In this document: positions 42,021 to 54,420 of the stretch, one piece after another
Layout of the letters: every line of letters starts with the position of its first letter
Position numbering within the stretch: position 1 is the first letter of the stretch
Source of the DNA: Antedon mediterranea
Taxonomy: Eukaryota > Animalia > Echinodermata
Assembly: GCF_964355755.1 (NCBI RefSeq)
Contig: NC_092674.1
Span: forward strand, 10,788,001 to 10,852,000
Direction: 5' to 3'
DNA length: 64,000 nucleotides
Made by a program: the position numbers and the translations under genes
Notes under the pieces: generated by a model
The model's input: only the letters and a program-made list of their open reading frames with translations
What the model was told of the DNA's origin: nothing
The model's database searches: none

Positions 42021-44782
42021 TTCATATTAATACGAAGAGAAATAGGTAATATAACATTTTTAATGTTTGCAATCTTGTATTTTTTAATTTAGATTTGAGA
42101 GCAATTAGATAATATTCTTTGATGATATATAATATAATTATTACAACCTAAATTCTATTATCTTTATCATGCTGAAAACGAATATTATATCGTCCTTCCC
42201 TCTATCAAAACGTGACGTCACGTTACGACTATTCCATTTATGTGAACGATTTTATTAGATTTGATTGAGATCACAGGCAGCCGTTGGTTGGATTGCAAAC
42301 AGTAAAACATAATTCAAAAGAAATAATATAACAAAACAATATCTGAAATACTATTTAGTTAGTTTGATCATTTAATTTGTTGTCTCAGAACATTACCAAC
42401 ATACATATTGCCTAGTTTCCGTATAATGGAAGATTCCGCAAAAATATGGAACGCCCTAGATGCCTTCTGTTATGTTAATGAATTAATTTCCTCAGCAGAG
42501 CAGGGCGGCCGGGATAAAGGCGATGACAATCTAACAGCCATAGAAAGATAATTAATCAGGTGATACAGTTTTTCTGTAATTACATAATATAATTACAGAA
42601 AAACTGTATCACCTGATTATAATATTGAGTGGTTTTGATAAACCAATAAATAAATAACCTTTAATAAAGAGCAATGTAAATAACATAGCTATAGATATAA
42701 ACTTTATATATTCACGAGACTGATGTACAGCACAACTTGTTCTATAAACATTTATTGTTTTTACAAGTTCGTAATATTACAAAATTAATAAAACAAAATA
42801 TATAAATACGAAAAAACAAAGAAAATTACAATTACCTTTGCAATCAACAAAGGCCAAGCAAATGTCTAATTACAATTAAATCTAAGATCTTGGATCATTA
42901 AAATATTGAATTAGCTTCTCTTTCTCGTAAAGTGAAGTTAAATAATAAATACACTAATGCCTTTCTACAGCCCTATTTTCTTGGCACATTATTATATTGT
43001 ATTTGTAAGTTTGAAAGTAAATATGTTTCTATACCCCATTCCCTCTCCTTACAAAACATTATGTATGTATAGAAAATGTTAATGAAAGATCGTTGTGTTT
43101 TCAAATAAAAATATACTTTCAATAGCTAATAAAGTGATATTATTTTATATTGTTTGTGCAGTAGAAATTGGATCAGGATTTTAATTTAGATTTTAATTTA
43201 GATGACATATTCGTATCAAATGTAAACATAAAGTTGGTTCAAGTATTTGAGTGAAAAGAAGAAAACTACAATACAGTTATTTGATTCCAATCTAAAATAT
43301 TGTGACGTCAGGACTCGACACGAAACACTGTACTAAATTGACGTCGTACAGTGTTGCTTAAGTTTTTAAATAAAAGCATAGCTGGGCCTATTGTTAGTGA
43401 ATGTCACGTGTCATTGAATCTATTCAAGCGTAGAGGCCCTATAGGAGACGGCAAAGATGTGGAAATTGAAAAGGAAAAAGTCTCCCCAACCGAGGCTTTA
43501 ACATTGAATATTTTTGCATGGTACAAACATCCTATAAACGTAGATACCGTGGGGCTTTTGAGATATGTTTGACGTAGGCCTACGAACGAATAGCGACTCT
43601 CAACGAGCAGTGGACAAGTACTTTCTAATGATGATAAGGCCTCATCTTTTACAAAAAGTTATGACAAGGCGAGAACGCCAAAGAGATACATTTTATGTTT
43701 ACATTTTAAACAAAATGAAATAAATAATAATAATAATAAAATATAAATATTGTCAAGAATGCTTCTTTTGAGAGGAACATATGTAAGGAATATATACTGT
43801 ACAGACTTAAATATGAGTCGAGTAGGCCTACCCAAGAATAATATTGGAATAGGCCTATAAAGGAATGTCGAAAGAAAGGTCTATTTAGCTATCATTTATT
43901 TGAACGAATAGTTCAATATAACTTGTTTATTTAAGCGTGTATATATAGAATATATTTCAGATCACTGTAGATTTGATTAAAAAGTTTTTCAATTCGTAGA
44001 GAGTCCGTTGTTAAAGTTCAGGAATGCAGAAAATCAAGCAAGAAGTTCGCTCTCTATCAGTGTCAATTTACCTCTATCTTTGTTCATGTTCATTGTCATG
44101 ATCATTTTGATTGGCAAATCAATGCAATCGGTGGTGTGACTTTATAGATGTGCGATCATTCGAAATTTGTAATTTTTGGTGTAAACGCTATTTCGGTAAG
44201 TTTTTTTTTCTTTATCTTTTCAATATAGGTGTGCCCTTCTTTCAATAAAATTGTATTAGTCCATCTTTGCGATCATAATAAAAGCTAAACAAAATAATGT
44301 TCAATTATAATCAAATCTAAGATCTTCGATGATTCTTAAAATATTGGGATGTAATTCCAAAGTAAATAAAAACTTATCGTTCCAATGATTTGACCATTTT
44401 AAAGTTTGTTTATATCTGATATATTAGATATATCATCAATAGTTTGTCCGCAAAAGTCGGATAGGACTATGAAAAAACTATAATTTCATTTTGAATGTCC
44501 CCTGTCTTATTGAATCGTCTTTCGGTCATGGCCGTCTCAATAACTACATTAAACCTATCTCGAATGAAGTCTATTTTAACAAACTAAAAGTAACTGTATT
44601 CATCAAGTGAGGTAAAGACAGAAGATGAATTTAACTTCAAATAAAAAGTGCCTTATGATCATAACCATTTAAATAAAGTAAAAAACGAAAAAATGCCATG
44701 ATAATGATATACTGTATTATGGAAATGTCTGTATAACGTAAGTTAAAAATACCGTTTTAAATTTAGGTTAAATTTCATCACA

Positions 44783-47460
44783 ATGAGCAAGTCAGATAAA
44801 CTACGTCAACAGGGTAATGTTCATTATAGATCAGTTACTCCTGGACTCAGCCCAGTCATTCAAAAAAGTCGTCTAGATGAAGCTAGGAAATGTTACATCA
44901 ACGCGTTGGAATGCAGCTGTAACGCAAAGGAAAGTGCCTCTGCCAGCAAGAATATCGCTATGGTGTCGTGGAAACTGGCATCTTTAGGAAAAGAAACCAG
45001 AACACAGACGATCTTTTTCTACAAAGAAGCAATGAAATATTTTAGCCAAGCATTCCATTTCGGCAAATGTGCAGAAAATGATGATAATTGGGCCGATGAC
45101 TTAGTGAAGAAAATGAATCACAGTTTTCAAGATTCTTTTGATTTTGTTAAAAATCAAAGAAATATGTCTGATGAGAAATTTGAATTAATGTCCATGGCAT
45201 GTCGTCTTTTTCAAGATGGAAAATACAAAGCCATGGTTGCTGTTTCTTATGTAGAACATCTTCTGGATAAAGCGATTAATCTGCTTCAGAATGATTTGAT
45301 TAAACAATCGATCAGTCTTCTATGTGATTGCCAAGGGCCTTTAGAAATAGCAAGACGTGATGGCCAAAATAATAAAGATATAAGAACATCGGTTCTTATA
45401 CTTTCTGCTAAAGTTAAACGTCAGCTTACTACTGCTGAGGTAAGTGTAAAAGTATAACTTCTGTAATCCTTCTTCCAAACTTCGCTGATTTTAATGATAT
45501 AAAACCCATTCTGATTTATGCCAGTAAATAAAACAAGGCCATATACATGGCCGGCTGCAGTCGCGTGCACAAATTTGAGTTAGTGTTTCCGACCGACCAA
45601 CCGACCGACCAACCAACCGACATAGTGAGCAGTAGAGTAGAATAAAAATACTACAGTGGAATTTGCTTTAAAGGAGAAGGTGTTAGATGAAAAAGGAACT
45701 CTTATAGATTAACAGAAGAGGTGGCAAGAGGAGAAAACCAAGGGCTGGAAAGAGAAAGCCCTACATGGAGATTCTTGATGATATTATTAAAGAAAGGTTG
45801 TAAAACAGAAATCGGGAAAAGAGTGCATACTAAGGTTTAACGCGTAGTGCGCGTGCAAAAATAATTGTATGCGCGCGCGTACGCATGCGTTATATGCGCT
45901 GCGCACGTAATTGTATTGCCATTATGATAAAATATGACCTGAAATTTATGAGTACCAAATTTTATTTAATTGTGATTCATGCTTGTGAAGATATGATTAC
46001 AAACGTGATTTCGTTAATTCGTGCGTAGACCGCGTAATTTTTGATTGCGCACCATGAAAACATAACCACATCGATTCCTGGCCATAAGGAATATACTGTA
46101 ACAAAATTGACTTAGCTGGATGAAACTGATATCAAGACAAGGCCATATAAAGTTAGTTTTTACCGACCGACCGACCTACCGACCGACCGACCGACATAGT
46201 GAGCTGTAGAGTCACGTTTAGTAGACTATTGTAAAATACGGTGTTTAGCCGTCCTGTCCCCGAGACTCCTGTCATTATTATAATTTTAAGAACTTTCTGT
46301 ATCTGATGTGCTATATGTTGTATGTAGGCTAAACAAGCATTGGTAACTGGCGATAGGCTGAAGAGACGTTTGCCAGCAGAAGAAGAGGCAAACCATGATA
46401 TGGTTTTAGAAATCATTGATTGGTACAAGAAATCAATTCTCTTAGCGCGAGAATTAAACAAATCAAAGATAGAGGCCATAGCTAATAGCCGGATTGGTGA
46501 GATCTACAATAGCTTAAAAATGAAATCCAAAGCTAAGGTATACTTTGAGTGAGTATAATATTTTAGTTGGTTTTTTAGTTTTGCACAAACTTTGCAAAAA
46601 GCTGCATAAAAGTCATTCACTTTCAAGCTGGATCGGAAAAAAATTATTTACCTTAAAAAACTGTAATTTAAAGCAAAAAATACTTTGGTTAAACTTATCA
46701 GTGTATTTTGTCTTCTTACAAGTGAAATAATTAATTTTGGTTTTTTTCTACAGAAGTGAACAACGTTATTAAAACTGCAAAATGGCCTAGTCAAAATCTG
46801 ATTTTATTATCTTCATTTTTTATGTTTTTGGGGGGACAAAACATCTTTAATAAAACCCTTTAATATACCCTTTATCGTGCATTCGAACTATAATAAACTG
46901 ATACGAAATGGTAAGGATACATTTTTTAAGTTGTTATAATTTTGAACTAATAATAAACTGATACGAAATGGTATTGTTGAGGCTGTGAACATAATTGACC
47001 AGAAACTAATTTTATCATTTGTAGAGATTCAATAACTCTTGCACAGGGCCTCCTTCTCAGTGATTTTAGCACCGACGAGGATTGGTACAAAGTTTGTCAA
47101 CAGAAACTGGCGAGTTACAATGTAAAAACAGACGCCGAAAATACAGAAGAGAAGGTAAAAATACGAGAAGAAATAATGAGAAAACTCCAACCAAAGATTG
47201 AAAAGTTCAAAGAGTTGAGTGCCTACAAATTTTTAAAGTATATCTACAAGAATCATGCACCGAAAAACAAGACGCAAAAGTTGCCTGAGAAGTTGAAAGA
47301 AGAAAGAAAAGAGCTACAGAAGTCGTTACGCAAAGCTGGTATCCATTACCACCCAGATCGCAACTCAGAGGAAGAACATGGAATAGAATGGAGTGTTCTC
47401 TGTGAAGAGATCTCCAAAATTGCTAACAGTAAATACAATGATATGTCTAATCTCAAATAA
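44783..47460 (+). CDS. TPR-like helical protein with C-terminal atypical J-domain, copy 1 (437 aa; exons 44783-45439, 46328-46548, 47025-47460)
   Basis: Canonical GT-AG sites give one open frame of 1314 nt; N-terminal SDKLRQQGNVHY TPR-type helix; C-terminal LRKAGIHYHPDRN; probable 5-prime UTR intron 44196-44766. Confidence 0.9.
45531..45778 (-). mobile_element. HINE end fused to an R4/Dong-type LINE fragment, in intron of copy 1 only
   Basis: AAACAAGGCCATATACATGG...(CCGA)n...GTAGAGTAG then GCTTTAAAGGAGAAGG...GGCTGGAAAGAGAAAGCCCTACAT (WKEKALH); inverted match to about 57770-58028. Confidence 0.8.
46137..46215 (-). mobile_element. Internally deleted HINE
   Basis: ACAAGGCCATATA...(CCGA)n CATAGTGAGCTGTAGAGTCACG. 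Confidence 0.7.
46608..46846. mobile_element. Kolobok-like MITE, right part, in second coding intron of copy 1
   Basis: Ends GGGGACAAAACATCT|TTAA, the inverse of the AGATGTATTGTCCC end; body similar to 1590-1860. Confidence 0.65.
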
Positions 47461-50400
47461 ATACATTTTCAAAAATATCGTCACTTATAAACAGATTTCA
47501 TTATTTTGTAGGGAATTAGATGTAGCATTCATATAACAGTACATTAAAAGATATACATTATATATTAAAAATCTATTAGCAATATATATTAGGCATACTA
47601 GAACTATAATATTAGAAATACACTCAAAATATCAAGAAAACATGCAAATGAAAACAATTAAATTACAATTTAATTTTAATTGGAATATGATAAATATGAA
47701 TGTAAATATCTTGTACGACAGATCTCAGTGACTTTAGCTCTTAGAGTAAAGTACAGTTAGGACTAGGTAATTTCTTGTTGACTTTTTCATTGCCACTAAG
47801 TTGTGTGAAATTTTAGAAATGTATAAGCATATTATTCCACATTCAATAAATCTGACAAAACGAAGCAATAAATAGTCAAAAGTCATGTCCATGTTAAAAC
47901 ACATTGCCGCATTTATATTTTTGTTTGCAAAGGTTTATATATAGATTTACTGCAATGTTTAAAGAGCTTGATGCCTTCTGTTATGTTGTTAATGAATTAA
48001 TTTCCTCAGCAGAGCAGGGCGGCCGGGATAAAGGCAGTGACAATCTAACAACCATAGAAACGAAACTTTTTCATTTGTAATGGTCAGGTCTAGCTCACGT
48101 ATTTATCATAGAGGACTGAGAAGCATCAGGGCTGTAATTATATTATGTAATTATAGCCTACATAGCCTATATAATAAAAAGACGTTTACTATGATGATTA
48201 TGATAATTCACTACAAAATAATATAATGACAAAAAGACGTTTCGGAACCACATTCAAGATCAAGTACCAAATAAAAAAAAATAATTTAAATTTAATCATT
48301 AAAAACAATAAGATAATTAATCAGGTAATACTGTTTTTTGTTAAACAATAATAAAATTTAATTACAGAAAAACTGTGTCACCTGATTATAATATTGAGTG
48401 GTTTTGATAGACCAATAAATAAATAACCTTTAATAAAGAGCAATGTAATAACATAGCTATAGATATAAACTTTAATTTTTTCACGAGACTGATGTACAGC
48501 ACAACTCGTTCAATCAACATTTATTGTTTTTACAAGTTCGTAATATTACACAATTTAAAAAATATATAAATACGGAAAAACAAAGAAAATTACAATTACC
48601 TTTGCAATCAACAAAGGCCAAGCAAATGTTTAATTACAATTAAATCTAAGATCTTGGATCATTAAAATATTGAATTAGCTTCTCTTTCTCGTAAAGTGAA
48701 GTTAAATAATAAATACACTAATGCCTTTCTACAGCCCTATTTACTTGGCACATTATTATATTGTATTTGTAAGTTTGAAAGTAAATATGTTTCTATACCC
48801 CATTCCCTCTCCTTACAAAAAATTATGTATGTATAGAAAATGTTAATGAAAGATCGTTGTGTTTTCAAATAAAAATATACTTTCAATAGCTAATAGTGAT
48901 ATTATTTTATATTGTTTGTGCAGTAGAAATTGGATCAGGATTTTAATTTAGATTTTAATTTAGATGACATATTCGTATCAAATGTAAACATAAAGTTGGT
49001 TCAAGTATTTGAGTGTAAAGAAGAAAACTACAATACAGTTATTTGATTCCAATCTAAAATATTGTGACGTCAGGACACGAAACACTGTACTAAATTGACG
49101 TTGTACAGTGTTGCTTAAGTTTTTAAATAAAAGCATAGCTGGGCCTATTGTTAGTGAATGTCACGTGTCATTGAATCTATTCAAACGTAGAGGCCCTATA
49201 GGAGACGGCAAAGATGTGGAAATTGAAAAGGAAAAAGTCTCCCCAACCGAGGCTTTAACATTGAATATTTTTGCATGGTACAAACATCCTGTAAACGTAG
49301 ATACCGTGGGGCTTTTGAGATATGTTTGACGTAGGCCTACGAACGAATAGCGACTCTCAACGAGCAGTGGACCAGTACTTTCTAATGATGATAAGGCCTC
49401 ATCTTTTACAAAAAGTTATGACAAGGCGAGAACGCCAAAGAGATACATTTTATGATTACATTTTAAACAAAATGAAATAAATAATAATTCAAAATATAAA
49501 TATAGTCAAGAATGCTTCTTTTGAGAGGAACATATGTAAGGAATATATACTGTACAGACTTAAATATGAGTCGAGTAGGCCTACCCAAGAATAATATTGG
49601 AATAGGCCTATAAAGGAATGTCGAAAGAAAGGTCTATTTAGCTATCATTTTCTTGAACGAATAGTTCAATATAACTTGTTTATGTAAGCGTGTATATATA
49701 GAATATATTTCAGATCACTGTAGATTTGATTAAAAAGTTTTTCAATTCGTAGAGAGTCCATTGTTAAAGTTCAGGAATGCAGAAAATCAAGCAAGAAGTT
49801 CGCTCTCTATCAGTGTCAATTTACCTCTATCTTTGTTCATGTTCATTGTCATGATCATTTTGATTGGCAAATCAATGCAATCGGTGGTGTGACTTTATAG
49901 ATGTGCGATCATTTGAAATTTGTAATTTTTGGTGTAAACGCTATTTCGGTAAGTTTTTTTTTCTTTATCTTTTCAATATAGGTGTGCCCTTCTTTGAATA
50001 AAATTGTATTAGTCCATCTTTGCGATCATAATAAAAGCTAAACAAAATAATGTTCAATTAGGCCTATAATCAAATCTAAGATCTTCGATGATTCTCAAAA
50101 TATTGGGATGTAATTCCAAAGTAAATAAAAACTTACCGTTCCAATGATTTGACCATTTTAAAGTTTGTTTATATCTGATATATTAGATATATCATCAATA
50201 GTTTGTCCGCAAAAGTCGGATAGGACTATGAAAAAACTATAAATTCATTTTGAATGTCCACCGTCTTATTGAATCGTCTTTTGGTCATGGCCGTCTCAAT
50301 AACTACATTAAACCTATCTCGAATGAAGTCTATTTTAACAAATTAAAAGTAACTGTATTCATCAAGTGAGGTAAAGACAGAAGATGAATTTAACTTCAAA

Positions 50401-50536
50401 TAAAAAGTGCCTTATGATCATAACCATTTAAATAAAGTAAAAAACGAAAAAATACCATGATAATGATATATTATGGAAATGTCTGTATAACGTAAGTTAA
50501 AAATACCGTTTTAAATTTAGGTTAAATTTCATCACA

Positions 50537-52660
50537 ATGAGCAAGTCAGATGAACTACGGCAACAGGGTAATGATCGTTACAAATCCATTACTCCTGGAC
50601 TCAGTCCAGTGCTTCAGAAAAGTCGTCTAGAAGAAGCTATGAAGTTGTACATCGACGCGTTAGAATGCAGCTCAAGCTCAAAGGAACTAGCCTCGGCCAA
50701 CAAGAACCTTGCAATGGTGTCGTGGAAGCTAGCATCGTTGAGGAACGAAACCAGGACGCAGACACTGTTCTTTTACAAAGAAGCAATTAAATATTTTAGC
50801 CAAGCATTCCATTTCGGCAAATACGCAAAAAATGATGATCATTGGGCCGATGACTTAGTGAAGAAAATGAATCGAAGTTTACAAGATTCTCTTGATTTTG
50901 TTAAAAATCAAAGAAATAGGTCTGATGAGAAATTTGACTTAATGTCCATGGCATGTCGTCTTTATCCAGATGGAAAATTCAAAGCCATGGTTGCTGTTTC
51001 TTATGTAGAACAGCTTCTGGATAAAGCGATTAATCTGTTTCAGAATGATGTGCTCAAACAATCGATCAGTCTTCTATGTGATTGCCAAGGGCCTTTAGAA
51101 ATAGCAAGACGTGATGGCCAAAATAATCAAGATATAAGAACAACGGTTCTTATACTTTCTGCTAAAGTTAAAAATCAGCTTACTACTGCCGAGGTAAGTG
51201 TAAAAGTATACCTTCTGTAGTCCTTCTTAAAACCCTCTTAATACATTCTAATTGGCGCCAGTAAAGAAAAATAATAACGACCGAACACTTTTATTACACT
51301 ATTGTAGAATAAGGTGTTTATTTATCAGAACCTATAGGCCTACAGTAATATCATGAAGAAATAAGTCTCCATAATAACATATAACCACAGCACAGTCAGT
51401 GAAATCCATAGCCAACCTGTCCCCGGCCTGTCCCATACCAGTCAAGACTCCTGTCATTATTATAAATTTAAGAACTTTCTGTATCTGATGTGCTATTTTT
51501 GTATGTAGGCTAAACAAGCATTGGTAAGAGGCGATCGGCTGAAGAGACATTTGCCAAAAGAGGTAGCAGCAGAAGAGGTAAACCTTGATATGGTTTTTGA
51601 AATCATTGATTGGTACAAGAAATCAATTCTCTTAGCGCGAGAATTAAACAAATCCAAGATAGAGGCCATAGCTACTAGCCGGATTGGCGAGATCTACCAT
51701 AGCTTAAAAATGAAATCCAAAGCTAAGGTACACTTTGAGTGAGTATAGTATTCTTGATATCAAAAATTAATTATTTAAAATACAACAGTATAAAAATAAT
51801 GAATATTATGAGTTGAATGGAGAGAATATAAAATTGAATGTTTTATTTAAAGAGGCGGAGATGAGATAAATAGGGCAGTCACGCTTTCAAAGAATTGAAA
51901 TATCCTCTCAATACAATGAATACAAAATGTCATTTTGTTTTATAGCACACCTACCTGTGTTCATGTTGGTTTTCGAATTTATGAGCCCCATGTTGCACAA
52001 ACTTTTCAAAATGTTTATAAAAAACTGAACTGCTATAGAACCATTTTATAGAACTTTATCGTGCATTATAACTAATAATGAACTTCACGTGATTCGAAAT
52101 GGCAAGGATCCAATTTTTAAATTGTCATAATTAAGAGCTCACCAATGATTTAATCTAATATTCTTTTGCGAACATTCTAACGTTGTTGAGGCTGTGAACA
52201 TAATTGACCATCAATTTATTTTATCATTTGTAGAGATGCACTAACTCTTGCACAGGGCCTCCTTGATTTTAGAACCGACGAGGATTGGTACAAAGTTTGT
52301 CAACAGACACTAGCGTGTTACAATGTAAAAACAGACGCCGAAAATACAGAAGACAAGGTAAAAATACGAGAAGAAATAATGAGGAAACTCCAGCCACAAA
52401 TTAAAAAGTTCAAAGATTTGAGTGCCTACAAATGTTTAAAGTACATTTACAAGAATCATGCACCGAAAAACAAGATGCACAAGTTGCCTGAGAAGTTGAA
52501 AGAACAAAGGAAAGAGCTACAGAAGTCGTTACGCAAAGCTGGTATCCATTACCATCCAGATCGCAACTCAGAGGAAGAACATGGAATAGAATGGAGTTTT
52601 CTCTGTGAAGAGATCTCCAAAATTGCTAACAGTAAATATAATAACATGGGTCTCAAATAA
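50537..52660 (+). CDS. TPR-like helical protein with C-terminal atypical J-domain, copy 2 (437 aa; exons 50537-51193, 51509-51738, 52234-52660)
   Basis: Same splice sites as copy 1, intact frame of 1314 nt, HYHPDRN retained, all indels are multiples of 3. Confidence 0.9.
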
Positions 52661-53403
52661 ATACATTTTTATAATATCGCCTAAAAATATCTTATACATT
52701 TAGATTATATTTCACTATTTTACTTCACAATTTCAATAAATTAGAAATATATATTATTAGAACTATATTTACTATAATTAGAACTGTACATAAAATATCC
52801 AGAAAAACAACATGCAATTCATAAAAAAGTCAACCAAAACAGTCTCATGCTAAAATTGATTTTAAATGTCTTGTCAAATGACCATTGCATAATCTCATCA
52901 TGAGGGTGATTTAAATCTACTTGAAATCTAGAAAACTAGGATACGTAGCAGAAATAATTATTAGAATTAATTATTTATTCATAAAAACTAAAGTATTAAA
53001 AACATATTTATTCTTCCTTCATATCATAACGGTTTTTTTAAATACAGTGTTGTTTTCATTTATTTAATTAATTAACATATAAATATGAGGCGCTCTATAT
53101 TTTGTACTTAAAGAATGCATATTATACTTGTTTACGTACCGGTTATTAACAGTATTTGAAGTTTGTGGTAATAAAGTAACTCGTTCCTCATTGATCTGAC
53201 ATTTGTAATCATCTTAAGACATTGTAACACACGGGAAAACGTATGGATTAGAAAAACAACCACTGATATGATTAGATAATTGGTATCAGTTGCCTCTAAT
53301 ATGTATATGTCATGTATTTTCTATAATTATATTTGTTAAGTTTTAATCATCATTTCTTATTTTATGACTATAATTAAGTGTTAATTATGTGCTTCCTTTA
53401 AAA

Positions 53404-53522
53404 AAACAAGGCCATATACATGGCTGCAGTCGCGTGCTCAAGTTAGTGTTTTCCGATCAACCGACCGACTGACTAACCAACCGACCGACAAAGTGAGCTG
53501 TAGAGTCGCGTTGAACGCGACT
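53404..53522 (-). mobile_element. Complete HINE (Helentron/DINE-1-like) element
   Basis: On minus: AGTCGCGT-TCA-ACGCGACT hairpin, (GTCG)n tract, subterminal CACGCGACT, GCCAT-GTAT-ATGGC stem-loop, T-rich end. Confidence 0.8.
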
Positions 53523-54420
53523 CATCAGGCATCCTTCAGTCAAAATTGACTATGGAGACAACATTGGAGAGAATTTCATCCGTTATCCAGTGAGTCTGTG
53601 TGAGTTCCAGTAGCTGATCTAGATTTTCTTTTCAGATATCTCTCTTCATTTTCTATACGATATCTTTCTTCGCTGTGTACAAGTCCTGCCTTAATACAGT
53701 CTTTCCATGATTTTCGGTCATCAGTCTTTTTTTCCCAGGTGTTAACATTGATGTCCATTGCCATCAAGTCTCTTTTACATGCATTTGAAACGCAAACGTG
53801 GACGTCCTTTGGATCTTTTACAATTCGCTAGCTCACCATACAACATAACCTTTGGAGTTCTTGTATCATCCATTCTTCTGACATGACCAAGCCATCGTAT
53901 TCTTCGCTGTCGAATTAATGTAAACATCGAAGGAATGCCACATCTATCAAGGATACTGTTGTTTGTTACCCTGTCCTGCCATCTGATATTTAACATAGTC
54001 CGTAGACAGCGGAGGTGAAATACATTTAGTTTCTTTTCTTGTCTAGCATAGGTTGTCCACGATTCAGCTCCATACAAGAGGACACAATGACACATGCCAT
54101 ATATACTTTGATCTTCACAGCCACTCTAATATTTTTGTTTTCCCAAACACGTACAGACAACTGACTGAGAGTACTAGAAGCTCTTCCGATTCAAATGTTT
54201 AGTTCACAATCAAGAGTGTTGTTATAAGTTATAACTGAACCAAGGTAAGAAAATTTACTAACCTTTTCAATTAAAACATTTTTGAAAGTAAAATTGTTTT
54301 GACCAGTTGTTTTAAACGGTAAATCTTTGTTTTCTTTACACTTATGGTGAGACCAAAGTGTTCACAGGCACATGAAAATGTATCAAGTAGAAGTTGTAGA
54401 CCATTTGGAAAGATGCAATA
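53523..54420 (-). mobile_element. RTE-clade LINE, 5-prime truncated and frameshifted
   Basis: VLLYGAESWT...FHLRCLR...WQDRVTN...RWLGHVRRM...PKVMLYGEL...GRPRLRF; RTE-type 3-prime end GACTGAAGGATGCC. Confidence 0.92.

Larger units (their letters stand above)
42459..52680 (+). repeat. Tandem segmental duplication (unit 1 about 42459-47480, unit 2 about 47970-52680)
   Basis: Alignment starts at GATGCCTTCTGTTATGTT in both units; about 2 kb of upstream DNA is nearly identical and the three coding exons are paralogous. Confidence 0.95.

Noticed and set aside
43351-43572. 73-aa ORF conserved at 49108-49329
   Set aside because: Non-ATG start; identity is explained by the near-identical duplicated upstream DNA
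46153-46479. 108-aa minus-strand ORF
   Set aside because: Antisense shadow of the real plus-strand exon running into a (GTCG)n tract
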